Positions 15,718 to 26,113 of a stretch of 37,437 bases of DNA are shown here, piece after piece; position 1 is the first letter of the stretch, and every line of letters begins with the position of its first letter. Both the position numbers and the translations under genes were made by a program. The notes beneath the pieces were generated by a model. That model was not told the origin of the DNA, searched no databases, and saw only the letters and a program-made list of their open reading frames with translations. The stretch comes from a virus (Duplodnaviria; Caudoviricetes): positions 1-37,437 of IMG/VR virus record IMGVR_UViG_3300030372_001846, one strand, 5' to 3'.

Positions 15718-16088
15718 TGAGTTGGGAGAATTTTAAAGAAGAAGAATTTGCTTGCCAACATTGTGGTAAAAACAATATTGACCATCTTCTTATAGATAAA
15801 CTTCAAGAACTAAGATCAGACTTGGGTTTCTCTTTTGTTATTACAAGTGGTTATAGGTGTCCAGATCATCCTATAGAAAAAAAGAAATCAACACCTGGCT
15901 CTCATGCACTAGGTTTAGCTGCTGACATAGGTGTAAGGGGAGATAAAGCGCTTGAAGTTGTATCAAAAGCAACAGCGTATGGCTTTACTGGTGTTGGCGT
16001 TAATCAAAAAGGCGGTGCTAGATTTATTCATTTAGATATTGCTGAGTCAGATTCTAATAGACCAAGGCCCCACATATGGAGTTATTAA
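15717..16088 (+). CDS. Endolysin, peptidase M15 family
   Basis: NF...EFAC..CG, ITSGYRC..H, S.H..G.AADI, FIHLD zinc-peptidase motifs. Confidence 0.9.
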   Translation: MSWENFKEEEFACQHCGKNNIDHLLIDKLQELRSDLGFSFVITSGYRCPDHPIEKKKSTPGSHALGLAADIGVRGDKALEVVSKATAYGFTGVGVNQKGGARFIHLDIAESDSNRPRPHIWSY

Positions 16089-16324
16089 TGGACAATCCTA
16101 TTATTTTGTGGAATGCTTTTATTACACTTGTTTATGTTCCTATAATTTATAGCATTAAAACAAATACCTCTAACATACAAAGGTTAGAAATATTGATTAA
16201 TAAGACAAGAGAAGAAATACCTTCTCGTTATGTAACTAAACAAGACTTACAAAACAACATGCAAAGAATTTTCGATAGTTTAGACAAATTAGACGAAAAA
16301 ATTGATAAACTAATAGGGAGTTAA
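16088..16324 (+). CDS. Small membrane-anchored coiled-coil protein
   Basis: TAATG-coupled start; N-terminal hydrophobic helix; YVTK.D...LDKLDEKIDKL. Confidence 0.7.
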   Translation: MDNPIILWNAFITLVYVPIIYSIKTNTSNIQRLEILINKTREEIPSRYVTKQDLQNNMQRIFDSLDKLDEKIDKLIGS

Positions 16325-16326
16325 TT

Positions 16327-17145
16327 ATGGCAATAAAAGGAAATTTTAATATTGGAGGCATAAATTATGCCGATGAACCAGGTCAAACATTTGGACCCGT
16401 AGGCATGGGGTTTGCTCCTTCCTTTCCCCAACCAGATATAACGTCAGCTTTTGCACCAGTTGCTTTAATAGAAGGTCCTGTTGATATGAATACGGGAGTT
16501 GAATTTATTCCAGGATTACCCTCAACACCAGTTGATATTGGATCGGGTCCTGATGGTTCTAATTTTTCAATAGAAGGTCCCGTTGATATTAGGGAAGAGT
16601 CTGGCACTACAATAGGTCCCGTTGGAATGGGGTACGTTCCCAATCAGTATGGGCCGATTGGAGAGTTCGAGGGGAGATACCCCGATCAATTATACGCTGG
16701 CTTATTAGACAATATAGCTAACGTACCTAGTAACATTACACAAGAAATGAATTCACCCCAACCTAGTAATGTACCAGGCTCATCTAATTACAATCCTTTT
16801 AGTGTATCTTCTGACCCCAACTTTTCTTCTGGTTTAAATTATGCAAGATCAATCGCTGGCGGAGAAAATGTACAAAACATGATTGCACCAGGCATAAGTT
16901 ATTCAATGGACACACCCCAAGGTTACACAACAGAAGGACCCGTCCAACAAAGTACAACAGGTGGTAATAATGTAATCAATCCTCCGATGTTACCTCCACC
17001 TGGTATCGGCATAGGCACACTTCCTTCCACACCACCTAACTCTGGCTATACATCATTTAATTATGATGCGTTGCAAAATTTATTGGATTCAATTCCTAAT
17101 CAACAACTATTTATAGACGATCAGCCAGACTTTATTTTGCGTTAA
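16327..17145 (+). CDS. Pro/Gly-rich acidic low-complexity protein with GPV repeats
   Basis: GGGAG RBS; GPVGMG x2, IEGPVD x2, TEGPVQ. Confidence 0.75.
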   Translation: MAIKGNFNIGGINYADEPGQTFGPVGMGFAPSFPQPDITSAFAPVALIEGPVDMNTGVEFIPGLPSTPVDIGSGPDGSNFSIEGPVDIREESGTTIGPVGMGYVPNQYGPIGEFEGRYPDQLYAGLLDNIANVPSNITQEMNSPQPSNVPGSSNYNPFSVSSDPNFSSGLNYARSIAGGENVQNMIAPGISYSMDTPQGYTTEGPVQQSTTGGNNVINPPMLPPPGIGIGTLPSTPPNSGYTSFNYDALQNLLDSIPNQQLFIDDQPDFILR

Positions 17146-17252
17146 TGAGAAGACGAAAAAAGAAAACTCCCACTCAGGAAGAAAAAGTTAAAGCCAATAA
17201 TGTTTTTTGGAAAAAATTATTTGATAATAAATTAAACAATAAGGAGGAATAA
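17145..17252 (+). CDS. Small basic protein, 35 aa (MRRRKKKTPTQEEKVKANNVFWKKLF...)
   Basis: TAATG-coupled at both ends. Confidence 0.5.
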   Translation: MRRRKKKTPTQEEKVKANNVFWKKLFDNKLNNKEE

Positions 17253-17515
17253 TGACAGATCAAAAAGATGTTCTGCACTCAAACGAGGCGGAATTAATTT
17301 TAAACAGTGAAACCTTTAAAAATTCTATAGAAAATTTAAAAGAAGAATACGTAAAATTATGGTTGGACAGCAAAGGAAAAGATGATATTGATTGGAGAGA
17401 GAATTTGCATAGCGCAATCAATATTCTTCCAGAGGTTGAAAGACATCTACGCATCATCATCGAAAAAGGGAAGATAACAAAGACTCAAATAGAAAGATTA
17501 AGAAAGGTTGTCTAA
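17252..17515 (+). CDS. Hypothetical phage head-module protein
   Basis: AAGGAGG RBS; upstream of the scaffold gene. Confidence 0.75.
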   Translation: MTDQKDVLHSNEAELILNSETFKNSIENLKEEYVKLWLDSKGKDDIDWRENLHSAINILPEVERHLRIIIEKGKITKTQIERLRKVV

Positions 17516-17573
17516 AAATTGTTGTTTTTGGCAGTTTTAAGGTAAAATTTCTTTAAACTATTAGGAGTTTATT

Positions 17574-18593
17574 ATGAGCAATAACGCAAAGCCGACTGCT
17601 TTACAATCAGATATAGATAAAGCTGCATCTTCTTTTGAGAGTTTTCTGACTCCCGAAGAGGAAGCATCAGAAAATATAGAAGTAGAAGCAGCAGAAGAAG
17701 TATCAGAAGCAGTTGTAAACGAAGAAGTGGAAATTGAAACGGAAGCGGAAGCTGATGTTGAAATGGAAGCTGAATCGGATGAAGACTACGAAGAAGATAC
17801 ACAAGAGTCAGAAAGAGAACAAACAGAAGTTGAGGAAGAACCACAACCTTTAGCATTCAACGTAAAAGTTGATGGCATAGAACAAGAGGTCACGTTGGAA
17901 GAACTCCAAAACGGCTATTCTCGTCAGCAAGACTACACTCGCAAAACTCAAGAACTGTCGCAGCAAAGAAAAAACTTTGAGACACAGCAAGCAGAGTTAG
18001 CGAAAAAAGATGCAATCTACGCTCAGTTGTTGCCTCAATTAGAGGCTAGTCTGAACGGAGAATTGGCAAATGAACCAGATTGGAACGCTCTTTATGAGTC
18101 TGATCCAATCGCATATGTTCGAGAAAAGGACATTTGGGAAGACAAGAAAAAGAAACTGGAAGCTGCCAGAGTAGAGCATAAACGCCTTCAAGATGAGGGC
18201 GCTCAGAAACAACAAGAAGAACTGACAAAGTTCGTTGAATATGGCAACCAACAGTTAGTTGAAAAGATTCCCGAATGGACAGATGTAGAAGTTTCTCAAA
18301 AAGAAAAGTCTGCAATCTCAAGTTATGCGATGAATGAATTGGGATTTACTCCCCAAGAAATAGGTCAGGTTTATGATTATCGTATATTGTTAGGTTTGCG
18401 TGATGGAATGCTTTATAGAAAACAACTTGAAGCGTCCAAAAAGAAACCAACACAAAAAGCGGTAGCAAGAGTAGCAAGACCAGGTACATCCAATGCTCCA
18501 AAGACAACAGCACCAGCGAAGAAAGCAAGACAGAAATTGGCTAAAACTGGAAAAGTCCAAGATGCAGCCAAGGTCTTTGAACAATTAATTTAA
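17574..18593 (+). CDS. Capsid scaffolding protein
   Basis: Acidic N-terminus, VKVDG.E.EVTLEEL..GY.RQ.DYTRKTQEL motif, basic C-terminus; immediately before the capsid gene. Confidence 0.88.
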   Translation: MSNNAKPTALQSDIDKAASSFESFLTPEEEASENIEVEAAEEVSEAVVNEEVEIETEAEADVEMEAESDEDYEEDTQESEREQTEVEEEPQPLAFNVKVDGIEQEVTLEELQNGYSRQQDYTRKTQELSQQRKNFETQQAELAKKDAIYAQLLPQLEASLNGELANEPDWNALYESDPIAYVREKDIWEDKKKKLEAARVEHKRLQDEGAQKQQEELTKFVEYGNQQLVEKIPEWTDVEVSQKEKSAISSYAMNELGFTPQEIGQVYDYRILLGLRDGMLYRKQLEASKKKPTQKAVARVARPGTSNAPKTTAPAKKARQKLAKTGKVQDAAKVFEQLI

Positions 18594-18615
18594 CTTACTT
18601 TTAAGGAGTATAACA

Positions 18616-19551
18616 ATGGCAAAAGTCACAAACGCTTTTGATACATATACTGCAACGGCTGACAGAGAGCAATTAAGCAACGTGATATATAACATATCAC
18701 CTGGCAGCACGCCATTTATGTCATCAATCGGAAAAAATTCAATCAAGAACGTAGTTTTTGATTGGCAAACAGAAACATTACCAACGGCTACTGGCGCTGG
18801 TCAACTTGAAGGTTTTGAACTTTCAAGAGCAGCAGCAACAGCTACTACAAGAGTTAGTAACGTAGCTCAAATCTCTTCAAGAGATGCGACTGTTACTGGT
18901 TCTCAACAGGCTTCGGACGCTGCTGGTAAAAAATCAGAAATGGCTCATCAGCTTGCCCTTATGGCTAAAGCGTTGAAGAGAGACATGGAAACTGCCCTTT
19001 GTCAAAAGGGTGCTAAAACAACTGGTGCAGCTGCTACAGCTAGATTAACTGGTGGTTTTGAATCATGGATAACTTCAAACGTATCTAGGGGAACTAATGG
19101 TGCTGGTGCTGGTGGGGGTGCTGCTCCTACTGATGGCACTCAGAGAGCTTTAACTGAGGCACTATTGAAAACTGTATTGCAATCTTGTTTCACAAACGGC
19201 GGAGAGCCTTCAATGGCAATCTGTGGTCCTGTAAACAAGCAAGTAATTTCTGGTTTCACAGGTAGAAGTTCAGCTAGACAAATGGTTGATGCAACAACTG
19301 TTGAAGCTAGTGTATCTATTTACTCATCTGATTTTGGCGATCTTAAAATCGTTCCTTCAAATTTCAGTAGAGAAAGATCACTGCTTTTAGTTGATCCAGA
19401 TTACGCAAAAGTATCTTACTTGCGTAGTTTTGATACAGTTGATATTGCAACAATAGGCGATGCTCAAACTAAGATGGTCTTAGCAGAGTACGGCTTAGAA
19501 ATGAGCAACCAAGCTGCTCATGGTGTTGTAGCAGACTTAACAACTTCATAA
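18616..19551 (+). CDS. Major capsid protein (DUF5309-like)
   Basis: RE.LS.VIYNISP..TPFMS, W.T..L, K.LKRDME, Y.SDFG motifs; position after the scaffold; strong RBS. Confidence 0.9.
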   Translation: MAKVTNAFDTYTATADREQLSNVIYNISPGSTPFMSSIGKNSIKNVVFDWQTETLPTATGAGQLEGFELSRAAATATTRVSNVAQISSRDATVTGSQQASDAAGKKSEMAHQLALMAKALKRDMETALCQKGAKTTGAAATARLTGGFESWITSNVSRGTNGAGAGGGAAPTDGTQRALTEALLKTVLQSCFTNGGEPSMAICGPVNKQVISGFTGRSSARQMVDATTVEASVSIYSSDFGDLKIVPSNFSRERSLLLVDPDYAKVSYLRSFDTVDIATIGDAQTKMVLAEYGLEMSNQAAHGVVADLTTS

Positions 19552-19558
19552 GTTGATT

Positions 19559-19596
19559 AATGTGAGGTCAGCCCTAGTTGGCCTCACATTTTCTCT
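19559..19596 (+). terminator. Rho-independent terminator after the capsid gene
   Basis: AATGTGAGG-tcagc-ccta-gttgg-CCTCACATT followed by a pyrimidine tract. Confidence 0.75.
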
Positions 19597-19601
19597 AAAC
19601 A

Positions 19602-19901
19602 ATGCCAACTAAAAGGACAATTATTGATCATCGTTCTGGTATCAAATCAGAATTTGTTACCGAAGATGACAAGAGCGTTTATCACACTGAACAAAATGTT
19701 CAACCAGTCATAGACCACGTTAAAAAATTAAACGATAATATAGATAAGCCTGGTAAAGATTTACGCCATGTAGCAGAAGTTCCAATGGTCGTTTATCAAA
19801 AGGCAATGAGAGAAGGATGGCACAACGATCCTAAAGAATGGAAAAAGTGGTTAAACAATCCAGATAACAAAGTATTTAGAACATGGCAAGGTAAGGTATG
19901 A
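19602..19901 (+). CDS. Hypothetical phage protein (head completion region)
   Basis: RHVAEVP...KWLN.PDN..FRT..G motif; ATGA-coupled to the next gene. Confidence 0.75.
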   Translation: MPTKRTIIDHRSGIKSEFVTEDDKSVYHTEQNVQPVIDHVKKLNDNIDKPGKDLRHVAEVPMVVYQKAMREGWHNDPKEWKKWLNNPDNKVFRTWQGKV

Positions 19902-20548
19902 CATACGCAGAATTAAAAACAGCAATAGCAAATTATTTAAACAGATCGGATTTAACCAGTCAGTTAGATACTTTTATTGATAATACCGAAGCCGAACTGA
20001 ATAGACGTTTACGAGTCAAAGACATGGTTACAAGAAGTAACATTACAGTTGACGCACAATACGAAGATTTACCAACAGACTTTTTAGAATTAATTAATTT
20101 GGATTTACAAACAAGTAATCCTAAACCACTATTTCAACAATCATTAGAATCACTGGATGTATATAGGCGAGCTAATAATGATATAACTGGTCAACCAGTT
20201 TATTTTTCTTTATCGGATAAACAGATAGAATTTGCTCCCAAACCCGATGCTTCTTATACAGCGCAGATAACGTATTACGCCAGAATTACAGGATTAAGTG
20301 ATTCAAACACAACTAACTTTGTCTCGAATAATTATTCTGATGTCTACTTATATGGATGCTTAAAGCACGCTAGTATTTATTTGATGGAAGATGAACGAGT
20401 TCCTTTGTTCCATGAATATTTTGAAAAATCTTTAGAAGAAATGAGACAAGAACAAGAAAAGGCAGAGTTTGGAAAAGGCTCTTTGATTCCAAGAAGACGC
20501 ACATACGGCAAACCAAAAAAACATATTTATTATTGGAGCAATAACTAA
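19898..20548 (+). CDS. Head-tail adaptor / tail tubular protein A-like
   Basis: MTYAELK.AI..YLNR.DL, LP.DFLE, P.PD..Y, YLYGCL motifs; position. Confidence 0.8.
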   Translation: MTYAELKTAIANYLNRSDLTSQLDTFIDNTEAELNRRLRVKDMVTRSNITVDAQYEDLPTDFLELINLDLQTSNPKPLFQQSLESLDVYRRANNDITGQPVYFSLSDKQIEFAPKPDASYTAQITYYARITGLSDSNTTNFVSNNYSDVYLYGCLKHASIYLMEDERVPLFHEYFEKSLEEMRQEQEKAEFGKGSLIPRRRTYGKPKKHIYYWSNN

Positions 20549-20564
20549 ACAGTAGGAAAGAACA

Positions 20565-23500
20565 ATGGCTGATACATATACAAGTAATTTAAACTTAACA
20601 AAACCTGAGATTGGTGCATCTACTGATACTTGGGGAACAAAACTTAATGCTGACCTTGAAATACTAGATGGTATTTTTGTAGCTGCTGGTTCAGGCACAA
20701 GCGTTGGTTTACAAGTAGGTTCTGGAAAGAGCTTAATCGTTGGAGGTACTTTAACAGCAACAGGTACTACAACAATCACATCCCCTGTCCTTAACACAGG
20801 AATTAGTGGTACTGCTTTCTTAGACGAAGATGATATGTCTAGTAATAGTGCAACCAAGGTTGCATCACAACAATCTATTAAGGCCTATGTTGATGCTCAA
20901 ATTACGGCAGAAGATTTAGATATAACAGACGGAACGAATACTATCGCTATAGACCTTGATTCTGAAACTTTATCTTTGTTGGGAGGAACGGGATTAACTT
21001 CAACCGCTTCTGGTAATGGTGTTACTTTTGCGATTGATGCTACTGTTGCCACACTTACAGGTTCACAAACTTTAACCAATAAAACATTAACTTCTCCTGT
21101 TCTTAATACAGGCATAAGTGGTACTGCGTTTTTAGATGAAGATAATATGGCATCTAACTCAGCCACAAAAGTTGCTTCACAACAATCCATTAAAGCGTAT
21201 GTGGATTCACAAGTGGCAACAGCCGATACACTTGCCGAAGTATTAACAAATGGCAACACCACTACAACGGATCAAAAAATACAATTTAGAGACAGTGGTT
21301 TATACATAAACTCTAGTGCTGATGGTCAGCTTGATATTGTTGCAGATACAGAAGTACAAATAGCAGCTACGACTGTAGATTTAAACGGAAACTTAGATGT
21401 ATCTGGAACTTTAAATGCAAGCGGTTCTATAACAGGTACTCTTGGTACAGCAGCTCAAACAAACATTACAAGTTTAGGAACATTAACAACTCTTACTGTA
21501 GACGATATAACCATTAATGGTTCAACTATATCTGATGCAGCAGATTTAACACTTGATATAGGTGGAGATTTAATTGTTGATGTTGACGGAGATAATGTTT
21601 GGTTTGATGCAGGAGGAACAAGATTTCTTTCAATTTCTCAAGTTTCTTCTGATGTTTATATCGGAACAGAAGTATCAGATAAGGATATGATCTTTAGAGG
21701 AAATGATGGTGGTTCTTCAATAACCGCCTTAACTCTGGATATGTCAGATGCAGGTACAGCTACGTTTAATCACGACATAAAACTTGGGGATGGTGGTCAA
21801 GCTATATTTGGAATACCAGGTTCAGATTTACAGATTTATCATAGTGGCTCTCATTCATTTATAGATGAACAGGGAACTGGTGGACTAATAGTAAGAACTG
21901 GTGATTTTTATTTAAGAAATCCTTCGGATCAAGATATGCTTTATGCTACTTCAGGAGGGGCGGTTACTATTTACCATAATAACTCAGCAAAACTAGCAAC
22001 ATCAGCAACAGGTGTAACAGTTACAGGCGCTTTAGACGCAACCAATCTAACAATAGGCGGCGCACAAGGTTCTGACGGACAAGTATTAACTTCTACAGGA
22101 AGTGGAGTAGCCTGGGAAGATGCAAGTGGAGGTGGTTCTTCTCAATGGACAACTACAGGAAGTGATATTTATTACAACACAGGAAACGTTGGTATAGGAG
22201 CGAGTTCGCCCACAAAAGCATTAACTATTTCAGGTGAGAATGCAGAAATGTTAATAAGCAGAACGGGCTCATATGCCGACACCATAAATTTTGGTATGCC
22301 TGGTGGTGTACCCACAATGGTTGGTGGAACTGATTTAGCATTTGGTGGTACAGGTACTTGGACTGAGCATATGCGAATTAAAGCAGATGGAAACGTTGGT
22401 ATCGGAACGGCTTCGCCTGGAGATTATTATGCAGATGATTTAGTAGTTGTTGCAGCAGATGATGGTGGATTGACACTAGCTTCAAGTGCCACAACACACA
22501 AAGCCTACTTAGTTTGGGCAGATGGAACTTCAGGTTCTGCGGCTTATCAAGGTTACTTAGCGTATGACCACAACAATAACTCATTACAAATTGCTACAGC
22601 AGCTAGTGAAGCAGTAAGGATAGATAGTTCAGGAAACGTTGGTATCGGTAGTACATCTGCTGGAGCTAAATTAGATGTAAATGTCAATTCAAGCACAGCT
22701 TATTCTAATACTGGTGAACCAAGAGAAGATATTATTATTCATAACACCAATGGTGCTGATGGTAGTGGAGTAAATAATTATGCTAGTTTAGGGTTTCATG
22801 TTGCCGATGGAGCAACTTCACAAGGATTTATTAACTATGTAAGAACTGCTGATAATCAGGGTAAATTTACCTTTAGTCAAAGAACAGGAAGTTCTAGTTA
22901 TGCAGAGGCTCTGACTATTCTAAATGACGGAAAAATCGGTATCGGAACGAGTTCGCCTTCGTACCCTCTGGATTTACATCATGGGACACCAGAATTTAAT
23001 ATGAAGGACACATCTTCTAATGGACAATTTAGATTTAGCTTAGATGGAACAACAGCTACTATTAATAATGTTTCTTCAAGCGGAACCTTAGTCTTTAGTA
23101 ATGCTAACTCAGAGGCCATGAGGATTGATAGCTCTGATAACTTAGCAATAGGTAAAACAGCAATAACTATAGGCGATGTTGGTCACGTTATTTTTAATTC
23201 TGGTGCTTACTACATGACTACTGCTGGATCAGAGGCTCTCACAATTAAAAAGAGCAACAGTGGAACTCTTAGTGCATTAGTGTTTATGCACGAAGACGCA
23301 ACCCCACCCACAGTGGGAAGCGTTTCAGTAACATCATCTGCAACAACATATAACACTTCCTCCGACTCAAGATTAAAAGACATTACTGGTGAGGCAAGAG
23401 GATTAGAAGTAGTAAATGAACTAAATCCAGTTGCATATAACTGGAAATCTAATGGTGAATCAGACGAAGGTTTGATTGCACAAGAAGTAAAAGATTTTGT

Positions 23501-23645
23501 ACCTAATGCAGTTACACAAGATGAAGAAGGCTATTATCAAATGGATTACTCTAAATTAGTAACCCCATTAATAAAGGCCGTTCAAGAACAACAAGGGCAA
23601 ATTGAACAGCTTAAAGCTGAAATTAACGAGTTGAAAAACTCATAA
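20565..23645 (+). CDS. Tail fibre with C-terminal intramolecular chaperone (peptidase S74)
   Basis: T/G/S-rich; multiple GNVGIG repeats; TSSDSRLK cleavage motif, GLIAQEV, MDYSKL...KAVQE plus coiled coil. Confidence 0.92.
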   Translation: MADTYTSNLNLTKPEIGASTDTWGTKLNADLEILDGIFVAAGSGTSVGLQVGSGKSLIVGGTLTATGTTTITSPVLNTGISGTAFLDEDDMSSNSATKVASQQSIKAYVDAQITAEDLDITDGTNTIAIDLDSETLSLLGGTGLTSTASGNGVTFAIDATVATLTGSQTLTNKTLTSPVLNTGISGTAFLDEDNMASNSATKVASQQSIKAYVDSQVATADTLAEVLTNGNTTTTDQKIQFRDSGLYINSSADGQLDIVADTEVQIAATTVDLNGNLDVSGTLNASGSITGTLGTAAQTNITSLGTLTTLTVDDITINGSTISDAADLTLDIGGDLIVDVDGDNVWFDAGGTRFLSISQVSSDVYIGTEVSDKDMIFRGNDGGSSITALTLDMSDAGTATFNHDIKLGDGGQAIFGIPGSDLQIYHSGSHSFIDEQGTGGLIVRTGDFYLRNPSDQDMLYATSGGAVTIYHNNSAKLATSATGVTVTGALDATNLTIGGAQGSDGQVLTSTGSGVAWEDASGGGSSQWTTTGSDIYYNTGNVGIGASSPTKALTISGENAEMLISRTGSYADTINFGMPGGVPTMVGGTDLAFGGTGTWTEHMRIKADGNVGIGTASPGDYYADDLVVVAADDGGLTLASSATTHKAYLVWADGTSGSAAYQGYLAYDHNNNSLQIATAASEAVRIDSSGNVGIGSTSAGAKLDVNVNSSTAYSNTGEPREDIIIHNTNGADGSGVNNYASLGFHVADGATSQGFINYVRTADNQGKFTFSQRTGSSSYAEALTILNDGKIGIGTSSPSYPLDLHHGTPEFNMKDTSSNGQFRFSLDGTTATINNVSSSGTLVFSNANSEAMRIDSSDNLAIGKTAITIGDVGHVIFNSGAYYMTTAGSEALTIKKSNSGTLSALVFMHEDATPPTVGSVSVTSSATTYNTSSDSRLKDITGEARGLEVVNELNPVAYNWKSNGESDEGLIAQEVKDFVPNAVTQDEEGYYQMDYSKLVTPLIKAVQEQQGQIEQLKAEINELKNS
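20778..21212 (+). repeat. Internal 41-aa duplication in the tail fibre
   Basis: [38 protein letters not shown] at 20778-20900 and 21090-21212 (offset 312 bp). Confidence 0.9.
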
Positions 23646-23661
23646 CTTAAAGGAGAAAAAA

Positions 23662-24009
23662 ATGGCAATAGGATATGTTTGGGATGTTAAAACAGTTGAT
23701 ACATACCCAACTAAAGATAGTAAAAGTGATGTAATCTACGATGTGCATTGGAGATTAACAGCAACCGATGATACTAATAAAGACTCAGACGGCAAGTATT
23801 ACTCATCTTCTTCTTATGGAACCCAAATAATAGACACCTCAGACCTTTCAAACTTTAAAGCGTTTGCTAGTGTTACATCATCCGATGTACAGGGTTGGGT
23901 AGAAAGTGCTATGGGCGCTGATGAAGTTGCAAGTATTAAATCGGGATTAGATGCTAACATCGCAGAACAAATAACACCTACATCTGTTACTAAAGAATTA
24001 GCTGGGTAA
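23662..24009 (+). CDS. Tail-fibre-associated small protein
   Basis: AAGGAG RBS; W.V...D...DV...VHWR.TA...V.GWV pattern; follows the fibre gene. Confidence 0.7.
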   Translation: MAIGYVWDVKTVDTYPTKDSKSDVIYDVHWRLTATDDTNKDSDGKYYSSSSYGTQIIDTSDLSNFKAFASVTSSDVQGWVESAMGADEVASIKSGLDANIAEQITPTSVTKELAG

Positions 24010-24010
24010 T

Positions 24011-25525
24011 ATGGCATTACTCCCAATTACTCCGCCAGCTGGAATCGTAACCAATGGTACAACGTACTCTAATAAAGGACGTTGGACCGATGGGGATTTA
24101 ATTCGTTTCCAAAACGGACATTTGCGTCCTATTGGTGGGTGGGAGAAATTAAGAAGCACAGCTTTAACTGGCACTCCAACGGGAATGCACGCATGGAACG
24201 ACAACTACGGAAATAAAATTTTAGCAGTTGGTACTCGCTCCAAGGTATATGTTCTAAATCAAGACGCATGGACAGATATAACGCCAAGCGGTTTTGTTGG
24301 TGATACTGCAAACGACCCTTTGGGATTTGGTGCATATCAATATGGCAAGGAAGATTATGGTGATGCTAGATCAACGTCTGGTTTATTATTTGATACCGAC
24401 AGTTTTTCATTTGATAATTGGGGTGAACATTTAATCTTTTGTTGTTCTTCGGATGGCAAGATTTATAAATGGAGACCTCATGGTGGAGGGGTTAATACAC
24501 CTGACACCATAGCAACAGTTGTTACGAATGCACCGACAGGAAACTCTGGTGTCATTATTACTAATGAACGTCACATGGTTGCCCTTGGTTCAGGAAGTGA
24601 TCCAAGAAAAGTAGCATGGTCGGACCGAGAAGATAATACAACATGGACAGCAGCAGCAACAAATACGGCTGGTGATTTAAACGTCCCCTCAAGCGGTAGG
24701 GTAATAGCTGCCGAGAAATGGCAGACAGATATTATTCTCTTTACTGACACAGGTATAGCGAGAATGTATTACACAGGAAGTCCTTTTTTATACGGCATTC
24801 AAGATGCTGGAACGAATTGCAAAGTGGTAAGCTCTAGGTCTATTGTTAGTGCTGGTAATTTCTTGGCATGGATGGGTGAGAATAGTTTATTTATTTTTGA
24901 TGGCGCAGTTAAAGAATTACCCTGTGAAGTACATGATTATATATTTGACGATCTTAATTATGGAAGACGTAAAACAATAGCTGGGGGACATAACTCAAAC
25001 TTTAATGAAATTATGTGGTTCTTCCCCTCAACTGATAGTTTAAAACCAAACAAGTATGTTATTTGGAATTATTTAGAGAATTCATGGAGCGTAGGATCAA
25101 TGGATAGAGGATGTTACATCGACCAAGGTGTATTTGATTATCCTATTGCTTGTGACAATGATGGGTTTGTTTATCAGCACGAAAGTATAGAATTATTTAA
25201 TTCTCCCAACCTGGGTTCGGCTGTACCTTTTGCCAAAACAGGACCCATTGAAATAGGTAATGGAGATAAATGCGTACAAGTAAATCAAATTATTCCTGAC
25301 TCAGAGGCCAATACATTACCTGGTGTTACGCTAAGTTTTACAGGTCGTTATACGCCTCTTGGTCCTCAAAGTGATTTTGGATCATTCTCCTTTGATTCAA
25401 CAGATGGTTATACGGATGCACGATTTACAGCAAGAGAAGTACAAATGAAAGTAACAGGATCAACTGATCAATCTTTTCAAGTAGGCGATATTCGTTTGAA
25501 TGTTAAACAGAGAGGGCGTAGATAA
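24011..25525 (+). CDS. Tail tubular / nozzle protein (beta-rich)
   Basis: 504-aa beta-propeller-like sequence (WSD.ED...W, FNEIMWFFP); podovirus tail position. Confidence 0.7.
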   Translation: MALLPITPPAGIVTNGTTYSNKGRWTDGDLIRFQNGHLRPIGGWEKLRSTALTGTPTGMHAWNDNYGNKILAVGTRSKVYVLNQDAWTDITPSGFVGDTANDPLGFGAYQYGKEDYGDARSTSGLLFDTDSFSFDNWGEHLIFCCSSDGKIYKWRPHGGGVNTPDTIATVVTNAPTGNSGVIITNERHMVALGSGSDPRKVAWSDREDNTTWTAAATNTAGDLNVPSSGRVIAAEKWQTDIILFTDTGIARMYYTGSPFLYGIQDAGTNCKVVSSRSIVSAGNFLAWMGENSLFIFDGAVKELPCEVHDYIFDDLNYGRRKTIAGGHNSNFNEIMWFFPSTDSLKPNKYVIWNYLENSWSVGSMDRGCYIDQGVFDYPIACDNDGFVYQHESIELFNSPNLGSAVPFAKTGPIEIGNGDKCVQVNQIIPDSEANTLPGVTLSFTGRYTPLGPQSDFGSFSFDSTDGYTDARFTAREVQMKVTGSTDQSFQVGDIRLNVKQRGRR

Positions 25526-25752
25526 TGGCAAGACGTACATTTATTAAGCCTTCGGAGCAATACAATAAAGATTATCAAACATACTTAATCTCAGAGATTG
25601 AGTATCAAACAGGGATTACCTTTAATAAAGGTGAAAGAATAGAAGTAAACGGACAAGACAGTACAGAACTGGTCTTGGTGAGTCCAAATGGAACAAAATA
25701 TAAAGTCAGTGTCGATAATAGCGGAAACCTATCAACCTCCTCTACAGTATAA
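25525..25752 (+). CDS. Small virion-associated protein
   Basis: TAATG-coupled; LVSPNGTKYKVSVDNSGNLST motif. Confidence 0.65.
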   Translation: MARRTFIKPSEQYNKDYQTYLISEIEYQTGITFNKGERIEVNGQDSTELVLVSPNGTKYKVSVDNSGNLSTSSTV

Positions 25753-26113
25753 AGACGAGTTTGAGGATAGATGGGAACACGCAAAGCCCTATATAATAAG
25801 GGCATTAAAACATACTGACTGTTATAATATAAAGGATGTTGAAGACGGCATCAGAAGTGGAACTTTTCACTTATGGAATGGTGAAAAATCAGCTATGATA
25901 ACGGAAATAATTCAATATCCTCGCCTTCGAGCATTGAACTTATTGTTCTGCGGAGGTGATTACGAGGAACTACAATCCATGCTTCCTAGCTTGGAACAGT
26001 TTGCAAAACATTTTGGATGCGTAAGACTTTATGGCGGAGGTCGTAAAGGATGGCATAAGAAAATTAAACATCTTGGCTTTGAACAAGAATATATGATTCG
26101 GAAAGAACTATGA
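25688..26113 (+). CDS. GNAT-like phage protein preceding the ejection genes
   Basis: SA.ITEI..YP, L...GG, A...GC..L..GGRKGW...GF motifs. Confidence 0.65.
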   Translation: MEQNIKSVSIIAETYQPPLQYKDEFEDRWEHAKPYIIRALKHTDCYNIKDVEDGIRSGTFHLWNGEKSAMITEIIQYPRLRALNLLFCGGDYEELQSMLPSLEQFAKHFGCVRLYGGGRKGWHKKIKHLGFEQEYMIRKEL

